A DNA stretch of 32,000 nt from Mucisphaera calidilacus (GTDB lineage: Bacteria > Planctomycetota > Phycisphaerae > Phycisphaerales > Phycisphaeraceae): assembly GCF_007748075.1 (NCBI RefSeq), contig NZ_CP036280.1, positions 3,030,001 through 3,062,000 on the forward strand, in the 5' to 3' direction. Positions 1-7,798 of the stretch are shown here, piece by piece. Both the position numbers and the translations under genes were made by a program. Positions within the stretch are counted from its first letter, which is position 1; each line of letters opens with the position of its first letter. The notes under the pieces are model-generated. The model searched no databases. It had not been told where the DNA came from and saw only the letters and a list, made by a program, of their open reading frames with translations.

Positions 1-704
1 TCCTTGAGCGTCTGCGCGAGTCGGCCGTAGCCGGCCTCGTCGAGGTGGCCGGCGGTGACGTCGGTGTCGTCGGGCTTGATGCCGAGGGACTTCTCGGCGT
101 CTTCCTCGTTGGCGATGCAGACGTCGACGTGCTCCATGAGCGGACGCATGACGGCCTGGGCCTGATCGGTCGTCCAGAGTTTCTTGCGGAAGTTGAGGTC
201 GCAGGAGACGGTGCAGCCGGCGCGTTGGGCGGCTTCGAGTAGCTTGGCAAGCGTGGCTCGTGGCTTCTCGCCGAGCGCGGGGGTGATGCCGGTCCAGTGG
301 AACCAGGACGCGTTCTTGAAGATGGCGTCGGGATCGATCTCGGCGGGCTCGAGGGTGGTGACGGCGGCGTTGGCGCGGTCGTAGACGACCTTGCTGGGCC
401 GCTGGCTGGCGCCGGTTTCGAGGAAGTAGATGCCGACGCGGTCGCCACCCCGGACGATGAGGCCGGTGTCGACGCCGAAGCGACGCAGGTGGTTGACGGC
501 GGCCTGGCCGATCTCGTGACTCGGGAGCTTGGACAGGAAGGCGGCGTCGAGACCGAACTGGGCGAGCGACGCGGCGACGTTGGCCTCGCCCCCGCCGTAG
601 ACGGCGTCGAAGCGGTCGGTCTGGAGGAAGCGGCTGAAGCCGGGCGTCGAGAGACGCAGCATGATCTCGCCAAAGGTCACAACACGCACAGGGCTGGCAG
701 GCAT
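1..704 (-). CDS. kdgK: 2-dehydro-3-deoxygluconokinase (PfkB-family sugar kinase); first ~234 codons, 3' end lies beyond the window edge
   Basis: Not in the ORF track because there is no stop inside the window. Manual reverse-complement translation from the ATG at 704-702 gives MPASPVRVVTFGEIMLRLSTPGFSRFLQTDRFDAVYGGGEANVAASLAQFGLDAAFLSKLPSHEIGQAAVNHLRRFGVDTG... and stays open to position 1. VVTFGE and GGGEANVA are typical KdgK/PfkB N-terminal patterns. Lies directly downstream of eda. Confidence 0.8.
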   Translation of the reverse strand, partial: MPASPVRVVTFGEIMLRLSTPGFSRFLQTDRFDAVYGGGEANVAASLAQFGLDAAFLSKLPSHEIGQAAVNHLRRFGVDTGLIVRGGDRVGIYFLETGASQRPSKVVYDRANAAVTTLEPAEIDPDAIFKNASWFHWTGITPALGEKPRATLAKLLEAAQRAGCTVSCDLNFRKKLWTTDQAQAVMRPLMEHVDVCIANEEDAEKSLGIKPDDTDVTAGHLDEAGYGRLAQTLK

Positions 705-728
705 GGTCAATCCAATCGATCGGTGGGT

Positions 729-1364
729 TCAGGCATCGGCGCTGGCGCGGATGCGTTGGGCGTTGGCGGTGATGGCGGCCCAGTCCTTGCTCTCGAGGGC
801 GGCCTTGGAGCAGAGCGCGCTGCCGGCACCGACGGCGATGGCTCCGGCGGCGATCCACTCGCCGGCGTTGTCGAGGGTGACGCCCCCGGTGGGCATCATG
901 CGCAGGTGGGGCATGGGAGCACGGACCGCTTTGAAGAAGGGGATGCCCACCACGTCGGCGGGGAAGACCTTGACGACGTCGGCCCCGGCCTGGGTGGCGC
1001 GGTGGATCTCGGTGGGCGTGAAGCAGCCGGGCATAGCGGCGGCGTTGGCGGCGTGGGCGGCATCGATGACGGCGGGGTCGAAGACCGGGCTGACGACGTA
1101 CTTCGCACCGGCCTCGACGGCTGCGGTGGCGTCGTCGGTGGTGAGAACGGAGCCGACGCCGATGAACAGCTCGTCGCCGAACCGCTTGTCGAGGTCGCGG
1201 ATGCACTCGATGGCGTTGGTGGTGGTGAGGGTGACCTCGATCGCGCGCACGCCGCCGGCGGCGAGTGCCTCGGCGAGCGCGGGCATGTCCTCGGCGGCTT
1301 TGAGGCGGACGACGGCAACGATGCGTTCTTTCTCGAGACGCTGGAGTATCGCTTCACGACTCAT
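729..1364 (-). CDS. eda: 2-dehydro-3-deoxyphosphogluconate (KDPG) / 4-hydroxy-2-oxoglutarate aldolase
   Basis: 211-aa ORF with the Eda-family pattern: IVAVVR, AIEVTLTT, GVGSV, and the Schiff-base lysine region VKVFPA. AGGA sits 6 nt upstream of the ATG. Only 24 nt separate it from the kdgK start. Confidence 0.85.
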   Translation of the reverse strand: MSREAILQRLEKERIVAVVRLKAAEDMPALAEALAAGGVRAIEVTLTTTNAIECIRDLDKRFGDELFIGVGSVLTTDDATAAVEAGAKYVVSPVFDPAVIDAAHAANAAAMPGCFTPTEIHRATQAGADVVKVFPADVVGIPFFKAVRAPMPHLRMMPTGGVTLDNAGEWIAAGAIAVGAGSALCSKAALESKDWAAITANAQRIRASADA

Positions 1365-1385
1365 GGGGGATCCTGGACTCTCTTA

Positions 1386-2159
1386 CTAGAGGCGTTGGGT
1401 GGTGAGGCCGCCATCGACCATGATGGCCTGACCGGTAGCATACGGCAGGTCGCCTCGGACAAGGGCCGCGACCACGGAACCAACGTCTTCGGGTTTTCCC
1501 CAGCGTCGGTCGATCGCGATGCCCTCGGCGAAGAGCTTGTCGTACTTCTCGGTGACCCCCGAGGTCATGTCGGTTTGGATGATGCCGGGGCGGACCTCGT
1601 AGCAGGGGATGCCGAACTCGCCCAGGCGAGCGGCCCAGAGCTGCGCGGCCATGGAGAGCGCCGCCTTGCTCAGGCAGTAATCGCCTCGGTTGACCGAGAC
1701 GACGGTGGAGCTGATGGAGGTGACGAAGGTGATGCTGGGCGTGCGGGTGTCGTCGGCCTGCTTCTGCTGGATCATCCAGTTGGCGACGCGTTGGGTGAGG
1801 AAGTAGGGGCCGCGGAGGTTGATCGAGATCAGACGGTCGAAGCTCTCGGCGGTCGCCTCGCGGATGTCGGCACGCTCGTTGGGTGCGACGCCCGCGTTGT
1901 TGATCAGCGCATCGAGCCGGCCGAAGCGTTCGTCGATGGCCTGCACGAGTCGCTCGTGGTCATCGAGGGAGGCGATGTCGGCGGCGACGTAGAGGACATC
2001 GACGCCGAGCGAGGTGAGTTCGTCGATGACGGGCTGGACGTCGGCCTGCGGTCGGCGGCCGTTGATCACGAGGTCGTAGCCGTCGGAGGCGAGTCGGCGG
2101 GCGATGCCCAGGCCGATGCCACGCGAGCCGCCGGTGACGAGGGCGACGGGTCGGCTCAT
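1386..2159 (-). CDS. Short-chain dehydrogenase/reductase (SDR); context suggests a KduD/DhuD-like 2-keto-3-deoxy-sugar-acid reductase
   Basis: 257-aa ORF with the TGGSRGIG Rossmann motif, NNAG, and YCLSK (YxxxK catalytic pair). Its start overlaps the GH88 stop by 4 nt (ATGA). The specific substrate is inference from neighbours. Confidence 0.8.
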   Translation of the reverse strand: MSRPVALVTGGSRGIGLGIARRLASDGYDLVINGRRPQADVQPVIDELTSLGVDVLYVAADIASLDDHERLVQAIDERFGRLDALINNAGVAPNERADIREATAESFDRLISINLRGPYFLTQRVANWMIQQKQADDTRTPSITFVTSISSTVVSVNRGDYCLSKAALSMAAQLWAARLGEFGIPCYEVRPGIIQTDMTSGVTEKYDKLFAEGIAIDRRWGKPEDVGSVVAALVRGDLPYATGQAIMVDGGLTTQRL

Positions 2160-3568
2160 GTCGCACCCCCCTTCTCAACCGGGCCGAAGAAGGTGTAAGG
2201 CGTCTGGTTGTTGGCGAGTCGTTGAACGGTGAGTGCTGCCTCGCGGAGGTGGTAGTCGCCCCACATCGCGGCCTCGCCGCAGGGGATGGAGCAACCCTCG
2301 GGGATGTGGTCCCAGCCGTTGGGTCGGTGATAAACCGTGTGGAGGAGCAGGCCCTGGTGGCCGGGGTCAGTACCGAGGTAGGTGTCGGTCAGCAGGGACT
2401 GGAGCGAAGTGAGACCGGCCTTGAGGTAGCGGCCGGCGGCCTGCGGGTCGCTGTCTTTGAGGTAGATACCGAGTCGGATCAGGCCCTGGCAGCCGATGGC
2501 GGCGGCGGAGCTGTCGACGGGCTCGTGGTCGTTGAGCGGCTCGGCGGGCCGATCCAGGTAGTCGCCCATCTTCGCGAGCCCGGGCGCGCCGGTGTCCCAG
2601 TAGGGGACGCCATCGACAGGCGTCTGCTCGATGTAGAAGTCACAGGTGGCGCGGGCGGCTTCGAGCATGAAGGCGGTGATCGCGTCGCGTCCGCCGAAGG
2701 GTTCGAGCTGGTCGTCGGCGAGGGTCTGGATGAATTCGAGCTGTTCGGGGTAGCCGAGCATGGCCCAGGCGAGCCCGCGGGTCCAGGTCGAGAAGGCGGA
2801 GTAGCCCTGCTGGGTGGAGGGGCAGCGGTAGTCGCCGTTGTTGGTGTTGAAGACCGACTCGTGGGCGGTGCGTCCGCGGACGTCGTAGGTGTCGCGCGGC
2901 CCGTTCTCGCTGTCGGGGCCGTACCAGATGTTGTAGCGGGCGGTGTTGCGGGCGTGTTCGATGATCCGGCCGAGGAGGCTGATGCGTGCGTCGCGTTCGC
3001 CCTGAAGCACGTGGCCGAGCTGATGACTGACGGCGAGGGCGCGGCAGGATCGGATGGTGTCGACGAAGAGCGACTGCGGCCCGTTGAAGGAGTAGATGTA
3101 GCCGGTGCCGTCGGCGGTGGTGGACCATCGCGAGGCCTGAACGGCGCCGGTGACCTTGAGCGCGAGTTCGTAGAAGTCGATCTCGTCGGCGGAGGCCTCG
3201 AAGCGATGCTCTTTGGCGAGGCGCCAGAGGTTGCCATAGGTCGAGACGTTGTTGAAGCCGTGGTCGTGAACGCCGGTGTGGGTCAGGTGGGGTGCCATGA
3301 CCTGCCGGGTGCGGTCGCGGGCGAGGTCGAGGAACTCGGTGTCGCCGGTGGCGTCGAACTGGAGGGCTGCGGCGCCGTACTGGAAACCCTGGGTCCACTC
3401 GGTCCAGCCCTGGGCCGAGTACTGGCCGGCGACGGTGAAGACGGGCGAGGGCGAGCCGGGCGGGAAAGACTGCTCGATCGCGCGGATCTTGTCGGCGGAG
3501 AGGGCCCACATGCGCTCGATGGCGGGGAGCAGGGTGCTCGGTTCGATCTGGGTGTCGACGTGAATCAT
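2156..3568 (-). CDS. Glycoside hydrolase family 88-like protein (unsaturated glucuronyl hydrolase type)
   Basis: The ORF track gives 2156..3637. I prefer the internal ATG at 3568-3566 (MIHVDTQ...) because GGAGA lies 6 nt upstream. GH88-like motifs: HDHGF, WTRGLAWA, PYWD, DSSAAAIGCQGL, WGDYHLREAAL. Confidence 0.7.
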   Translation of the reverse strand: MIHVDTQIEPSTLLPAIERMWALSADKIRAIEQSFPPGSPSPVFTVAGQYSAQGWTEWTQGFQYGAAALQFDATGDTEFLDLARDRTRQVMAPHLTHTGVHDHGFNNVSTYGNLWRLAKEHRFEASADEIDFYELALKVTGAVQASRWSTTADGTGYIYSFNGPQSLFVDTIRSCRALAVSHQLGHVLQGERDARISLLGRIIEHARNTARYNIWYGPDSENGPRDTYDVRGRTAHESVFNTNNGDYRCPSTQQGYSAFSTWTRGLAWAMLGYPEQLEFIQTLADDQLEPFGGRDAITAFMLEAARATCDFYIEQTPVDGVPYWDTGAPGLAKMGDYLDRPAEPLNDHEPVDSSAAAIGCQGLIRLGIYLKDSDPQAAGRYLKAGLTSLQSLLTDTYLGTDPGHQGLLLHTVYHRPNGWDHIPEGCSIPCGEAAMWGDYHLREAALTVQRLANNQTPYTFFGPVEKGGAT

Positions 3569-3649
3569 CAGGATCTCCTGAAGGGGGTTCGTGAAGGATA
3601 AGGCGGGCGGGAGCCGGTCACCACGCCGAAGAATCATTTATGACTGATC

Positions 3650-3678
3650 TCGACACAAAACGTCATGATGCGCATAAT
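3650..3678 (+). promoter_or_regulatory. Candidate sigma70-type promoter for the AraC-family gene (TCGACA-17 nt-CATAAT)
   Basis: TCGACA at 3650-3655, exactly 17 nt of spacer, then CATAAT at 3673-3678, about 25 nt upstream of the start codon. Lies in the only AT-rich patch of the 134-bp divergent intergenic region. No experimental support. Confidence 0.3.
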
Positions 3679-3702
3679 TGACTGGCCGGGGACAGGAGAC
3701 GC

Positions 3703-4572
3703 GTGATGATTCGAGCCTCGGCGATCGAGACGATGAGTCCGGAGCAGGCGGTGCTGGACGCCTGCTCGCGGTTGTTCCGCAGGGAGGACGCGGTGGCGGA
3801 CGTGCTGGTGCGTCGGCTGCACGGGCCGATCGAGGTGGCCCCGCACATGCACCGTGAGGGCGTTCAGTTCGTGCTGCTGCGTCGGTGCGGCGGGCGCGTG
3901 TGCGTGCAGGGCAACTGGCTGGGCGTATCGGGGACGACGCTGCTGGTGTCCTACCCCGGCGACCGTCACGGGTACGAGCTCAAGCCGAGCTCGGCGCGGT
4001 CGGAGATGGTTGTGGTCAAGCTGGCGATGGACCCGCACTGGCCGGCGGCGCGTCACCGCCCGTGGCCGGACATCGTGGCGTCGGGGGAGGAATCGCCCCG
4101 TCTGACCGACGCGATCGACCGTTTGCAGCGGGACGTTCGGCCGGTGGGGCCGTCGGTGCCGCTCTGGGTGGCGGACGCGGCGGGGGTGCTGTGCGCGTGG
4201 CCGAGGACGGATCAGCCCGGGATCACGCAGGCCCACTCGGAGGACGAGGACCCGGCGATCCAGGCGGCCCTGAGCCTGATCGAGGAGCACCCCGAGGCCC
4301 CGCCCTCGCTGGCGCAGATGGCGTCGGTGGCGCACCTTTCGCCTCGCCAGTTCACACGCCGGTTCGAGCGTGCGGTCGGCCGGACGCCCCACGCCTACGT
4401 CAACGAGCGGCGGATCGAGCGGGCCAAGGCGTTGCTGTTCGACGACCGGGTCTCGGGCGAGCAGGTGGCCCGGGCGCTGGGTTTCAGCTCGCAGGCGACG
4501 TTCACGCGCTGGTTCCGCCAGCACACCGGACGGACGCCGATGCAGTACCGGACCGACCCGGGCGTGCTCTGA
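3703..4572 (+). CDS. AraC-family transcriptional regulator
   Basis: 289-aa ORF. The C-terminal double helix-turn-helix is typical of AraC/XylS: LAQMASVAHLSPRQFTRRFERAVGRTPHAYVNERRIERAKALL...GFSSQATFTRWFRQHTGRTPMQYR. Start is GTG 3703 or, better spaced from AGGAGA at 3694-3699, ATG 3706. Divergent from the GH88 operon. Confidence 0.85.
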   Translation: MMIRASAIETMSPEQAVLDACSRLFRREDAVADVLVRRLHGPIEVAPHMHREGVQFVLLRRCGGRVCVQGNWLGVSGTTLLVSYPGDRHGYELKPSSARSEMVVVKLAMDPHWPAARHRPWPDIVASGEESPRLTDAIDRLQRDVRPVGPSVPLWVADAAGVLCAWPRTDQPGITQAHSEDEDPAIQAALSLIEEHPEAPPSLAQMASVAHLSPRQFTRRFERAVGRTPHAYVNERRIERAKALLFDDRVSGEQVARALGFSSQATFTRWFRQHTGRTPMQYRTDPGVL

Positions 4573-4575
4573 GCC

Positions 4576-4598
4576 GATCCGGACAGCGTGTCCAGATC
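4576..4598 (+). terminator. Hairpin just after the AraC-family stop codon (possible terminator)
   Basis: GATCCGGACA-gcg-TGTCCAGATC: 10-position stem with one mismatch and a 3-nt loop, starting 4 nt after the TGA. No T-tract follows, so its function is uncertain. Confidence 0.3.
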
Positions 4599-4683
4599 CG
4601 CATATCAACTGGGCCGTGACCCGGCGGCCGTCGGGCGGGTGGTGGCGTAGGGTTGTGATATCACCTTTCAGGAGGTCTCGATC

Positions 4684-5853
4684 ATGGAACAGCGACGACT
4701 CGGCGTGATTCTCTCGGGCGTGACCGGGCGCATGGGCACCAACCAGCACCTGATCCGTTCGGTCCTGGCGATCATCAAGCAGGGCGGCGTGAAGGTGTCG
4801 CCCGAGCTGACGCTGATGCCCGACCCGATCCTGGTGGGGCGGAACGAGAACAAGCTCAGGGCACTGGCCGAGGCGCACGGGCCGGATGCGATCGGCAAGC
4901 CGCTGCGGCACACGACCGATCTGGACGCGGTGCTGGCGTCGAAGGATGAGGAGATTTTCTTCGACGCGTCGCTCACGCAGCTGCGCGGCAACTTCGTGGG
5001 CAAGGCGATCGAGGCGGGCAAGTCGATCTACTGCGAGAAGCCGACCGCGACCACGACCGCCGAGGCCCTCGCGCTGGCCGAGAAGGCGGAGCGGGCGGGC
5101 GTGAAAAACGGCGTCGTGCAGGACAAGCTCTGGCTGCCTGGCATCCGCAAGCTCAAGATGCTCATCGACCAGGGCTTCTTCGGGAAGATCCTGTCGGTGC
5201 GTGGCGACTTCGGGTACTGGGTCTTCACCGGCGAGGTGGACGACCAGCCGGCACAGCGGCCGAGCTGGAACTACCGCGAGGAGGACGGCGGCGGGATCAT
5301 GGTCGACATGTTCTGTCACTGGCGTTACGTGATCGACAACGTCTTCGGCCCGGTGGCCTCGCTCGTAGCGCACGGCAACGTCGATCTTGATTCCCGCGTG
5401 GACGAGTCGGGCAAGGCCTACAAGGCGACGGCGGACGACTCGGCGTACGGCATCTTCCTGCTGGAGGACGGCACGGTCTGCCAGTTCAACTCGTCCTGGT
5501 GCTCCCGTGTTCGTCGTGACGACCTGCTGACGATCCAGGTCGACGGGACGCACGGCTCGGCGGTGGCCGGCCTGCGTGAGTGCTGGGTGCAGCCGATCGC
5601 CGCGACGCCCAAGCCGGTGTGGAACCCGGACATCCCGCAGCCGATCGACTTCACGGCGAACTGGTCACAGGTGCCCAACGCGACCGAGTACGACAACGCC
5701 TTCAAGATCCAGTGGGAGATGTTCCTGCGGCACGTTGCGCTCGACGAGCCGTTCCGCTGGTCGCTGCGTGAGGGTGCCAAGGGCGTGCAGCTCGCCGAGC
5801 TGGGCCTGCAGAGTTGGAAGAACCGCCAGTGGGTGGACGTGAAGCCGATCTGA
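4684..5853 (+). CDS. Gfo/Idh/MocA-family NAD(P)-dependent oxidoreductase
   Basis: 389-aa ORF with an N-terminal Rossmann segment ([13 protein letters not shown]) and the family EKP motif ([10 protein letters not shown]). AGGAGG lies 8 nt upstream of the ATG. Confidence 0.8.
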   Translation: MEQRRLGVILSGVTGRMGTNQHLIRSVLAIIKQGGVKVSPELTLMPDPILVGRNENKLRALAEAHGPDAIGKPLRHTTDLDAVLASKDEEIFFDASLTQLRGNFVGKAIEAGKSIYCEKPTATTTAEALALAEKAERAGVKNGVVQDKLWLPGIRKLKMLIDQGFFGKILSVRGDFGYWVFTGEVDDQPAQRPSWNYREEDGGGIMVDMFCHWRYVIDNVFGPVASLVAHGNVDLDSRVDESGKAYKATADDSAYGIFLLEDGTVCQFNSSWCSRVRRDDLLTIQVDGTHGSAVAGLRECWVQPIAATPKPVWNPDIPQPIDFTANWSQVPNATEYDNAFKIQWEMFLRHVALDEPFRWSLREGAKGVQLAELGLQSWKNRQWVDVKPI

Positions 5854-5861
5854 GAGACGTC

Positions 5862-6695
5862 GTGACAACGCCACGCCCCGCTGAGCTGAAGAACTTTGCT
5901 GTCCACACGATGACCAACAAGCCGTGGTCGCTGGCCGAGTGCTGCGACCGGTACGCGGCGGCGGGCTTCGGCGGGATCAGCGTCTGGCGCAACGTGATCG
6001 AGCCGATCGGCGTGGACGAGGCGGCGCGGATCGTCAAGGGATCGGGCCTCTCGGTGCCGGCGCTGGTGCGTGGCGGGTTCTTCGTGAGCGCGGACAACGC
6101 GAAGCGTCAGGCGGCAACCGACGACAACAAACGCTGCATCGACGAGGCAGCGGCGCTGGGCGCGGAGATGGTGGTGCTCGTGGTCGGCGCCGAGCCGGGC
6201 ACGCCGCTGGACGAAGCCAGACGCCAGGTGGCCGAGGGCATCGGCGCGTGCATGGACCACGCGCGGGCCAACTCGGTCCGGCTGGCAATCGAGCCGCTGC
6301 ACCCGATGTACGCGGCGGACAAGTCGTGCGTCAACCGGATCGCCGAAGCGCGTGAAATCTGCGCCACTCTCGGCGACCCGCTGGTGGGGGTTGCGGTCGA
6401 TGTCTATCACGTCTGGTGGGACCCCGACCTCGCGACCGAGATCGAGCTGCTGGGCAGGGAGGATCGGCTGTTCGGTTTTCACGTCTGCGACTGGCGCGTC
6501 AACACGCGTCACCTGCTGACCGACCGCGGGCTGATGGGCGAGGGCTGTATCGATATCGCGCGGATCCGCGCGATGGTCGAGAAGGCGGGCTTCACCGGAC
6601 TTAACGAGGTCGAGGTCTTCTCCGAAGAACACTGGGCCGAGGATCAGGATGCCTACCTGGCGACCATCGCCGACGCCTGTCTGAAACGCTCGTAA
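5862..6695 (+). CDS. Sugar phosphate isomerase/epimerase (xylose-isomerase-like TIM barrel)
   Basis: ORF track gives 5814..6695, which would overlap the upstream gene. Family members usually begin just before an LKxF(A/S)(V/I)xT segment (here ELKNFAVHT), so I favour GTG 5862, preceded by GAGAGA. ATG 5910 is the alternative. Typical segments: AAGFGGISVW, VVLVVG, IEPLHP, FGFHVCDW. Confidence 0.65.
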   Translation: MTTPRPAELKNFAVHTMTNKPWSLAECCDRYAAAGFGGISVWRNVIEPIGVDEAARIVKGSGLSVPALVRGGFFVSADNAKRQAATDDNKRCIDEAAALGAEMVVLVVGAEPGTPLDEARRQVAEGIGACMDHARANSVRLAIEPLHPMYAADKSCVNRIAEAREICATLGDPLVGVAVDVYHVWWDPDLATEIELLGREDRLFGFHVCDWRVNTRHLLTDRGLMGEGCIDIARIRAMVEKAGFTGLNEVEVFSEEHWAEDQDAYLATIADACLKRS

Positions 6696-6799
6696 GCAGC
6701 CATCGAGCGCGAATCACCAACATCACTGTTTCATGCGGGGGTACACCCGTCTACGATAAGTAGGGATTAATACCTATCTTCGCAGGTCGAGGTGCTGAC

Positions 6800-7771
6800 A
6801 TGAGTCACGACAGTCGCAGAGATTTTCTCAAGAAGGCCGCGTTGGGTGGAGCGCTCGCGGCGGGCCTGACACAGGGACGCTCGGCACGGGCGGACGATCA
6901 GCCGGACCGACGCGTCGTGCCCCGAACCACACTCGGCAAGACGGGACGCGAGGTCTCGATCCTCGGTCTGGGGCTGGGCTCGGCCTACACACGCCCCTAC
7001 GAGAACGATCCGGAGACCGCTCAGGCGCTGCTCGAAGCGGCGCTCGACCATGGCATCAACTACTTCGACACGGCGCGTGCCTACGGGCCATCCGAACAGA
7101 TGATCGCGCCGGTGGTCAAGGCGCATCGCGACCGGATCTATCTCGTCAGCAAGAGTGGCGCTCGTGACTACGACGGCCTGATGCGTGAGTTCGAGATCAC
7201 GACCACCAACCTTGGCGTGGACCGGCTGGACCTCTACCACCTGCACAACCTCAAGCCGGGTCAGGACGACCTGGGCCGGATGGAGCGTGGCTGCCTGCGT
7301 GCGATTCGCGAACTCAGGGAGCAGGGGGCGATCGGTCACTTCGGCGTCACGGGGCACAGCGGCGCTCAGATCATGACCGACGCGATCGAGCGGTTCGACC
7401 CCGACGCGGTGCTGACGATCTTCCCGGTCTCACGGCCGGATCAGGGACGGTACGAAACCCAGACGCTGGCGGTCGCGCGGCAGAAGAAGATGGGCGTGAT
7501 CGCGATGAAGATCTTCCGCAGGGCGCGGGAGGCCGACTTGCAGGCATCGAAGATGGTCAGTTACGCGCTGAGCCTGCCGGGCGTGCACACGGCGATCATC
7601 GGGCTGGACCGGCTCGATCACCTGATCGACAACGTCAACACCGTGACGAACCTCGAACCGATGGACGAGGCGGAACGCGACGAGCTGCACCGCATCGCGA
7701 AGGCTCGGCTGGGCAACGACCCGGCACCCTATGAGTTGGCGGGCTATCGCGACGCGCACGACGTGGCGTGA
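6800..7771 (+). CDS. Aldo/keto reductase with an N-terminal twin-arginine (Tat) signal peptide
   Basis: 323-aa ORF. SRRDFLKKAALGGALAAGL matches the Tat consensus (S/T)RRxFLK plus an h-region. AKR catalytic tetrad context: FDTARAYG (Asp, Tyr), LVSKSG (Lys), LYHLHN (His). GAGG lies 8 nt upstream of the ATG. Confidence 0.8.
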   Translation: MSHDSRRDFLKKAALGGALAAGLTQGRSARADDQPDRRVVPRTTLGKTGREVSILGLGLGSAYTRPYENDPETAQALLEAALDHGINYFDTARAYGPSEQMIAPVVKAHRDRIYLVSKSGARDYDGLMREFEITTTNLGVDRLDLYHLHNLKPGQDDLGRMERGCLRAIRELREQGAIGHFGVTGHSGAQIMTDAIERFDPDAVLTIFPVSRPDQGRYETQTLAVARQKKMGVIAMKIFRRAREADLQASKMVSYALSLPGVHTAIIGLDRLDHLIDNVNTVTNLEPMDEAERDELHRIAKARLGNDPAPYELAGYRDAHDVA

Positions 7772-7798
7772 TGGGTTGTCATCGATGCGTTCGGCGTG

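Noticed and set aside
297-2198. 633-aa plus-strand ORF spanning kdgK, eda and the SDR gene
   Set aside because: The translation is G/A/D/V/E/R-rich low complexity with no motifs. It lies antisense to three recognisable conserved genes, which is a typical antisense open frame in high-GC DNA.
3634-5553. 639-aa minus-strand ORF across the AraC and Gfo-family genes
   Set aside because: The translation is R/L/P/H-rich junk. It is antisense to two genes with clear family motifs, and it would also cross an intergenic region containing a hairpin and a ribosome-binding site.
5418-6632. 404-aa minus-strand ORF
   Set aside because: It is antisense to the Gfo-family and TIM-barrel isomerase genes. It has no recognisable motifs and an arginine-rich composition.
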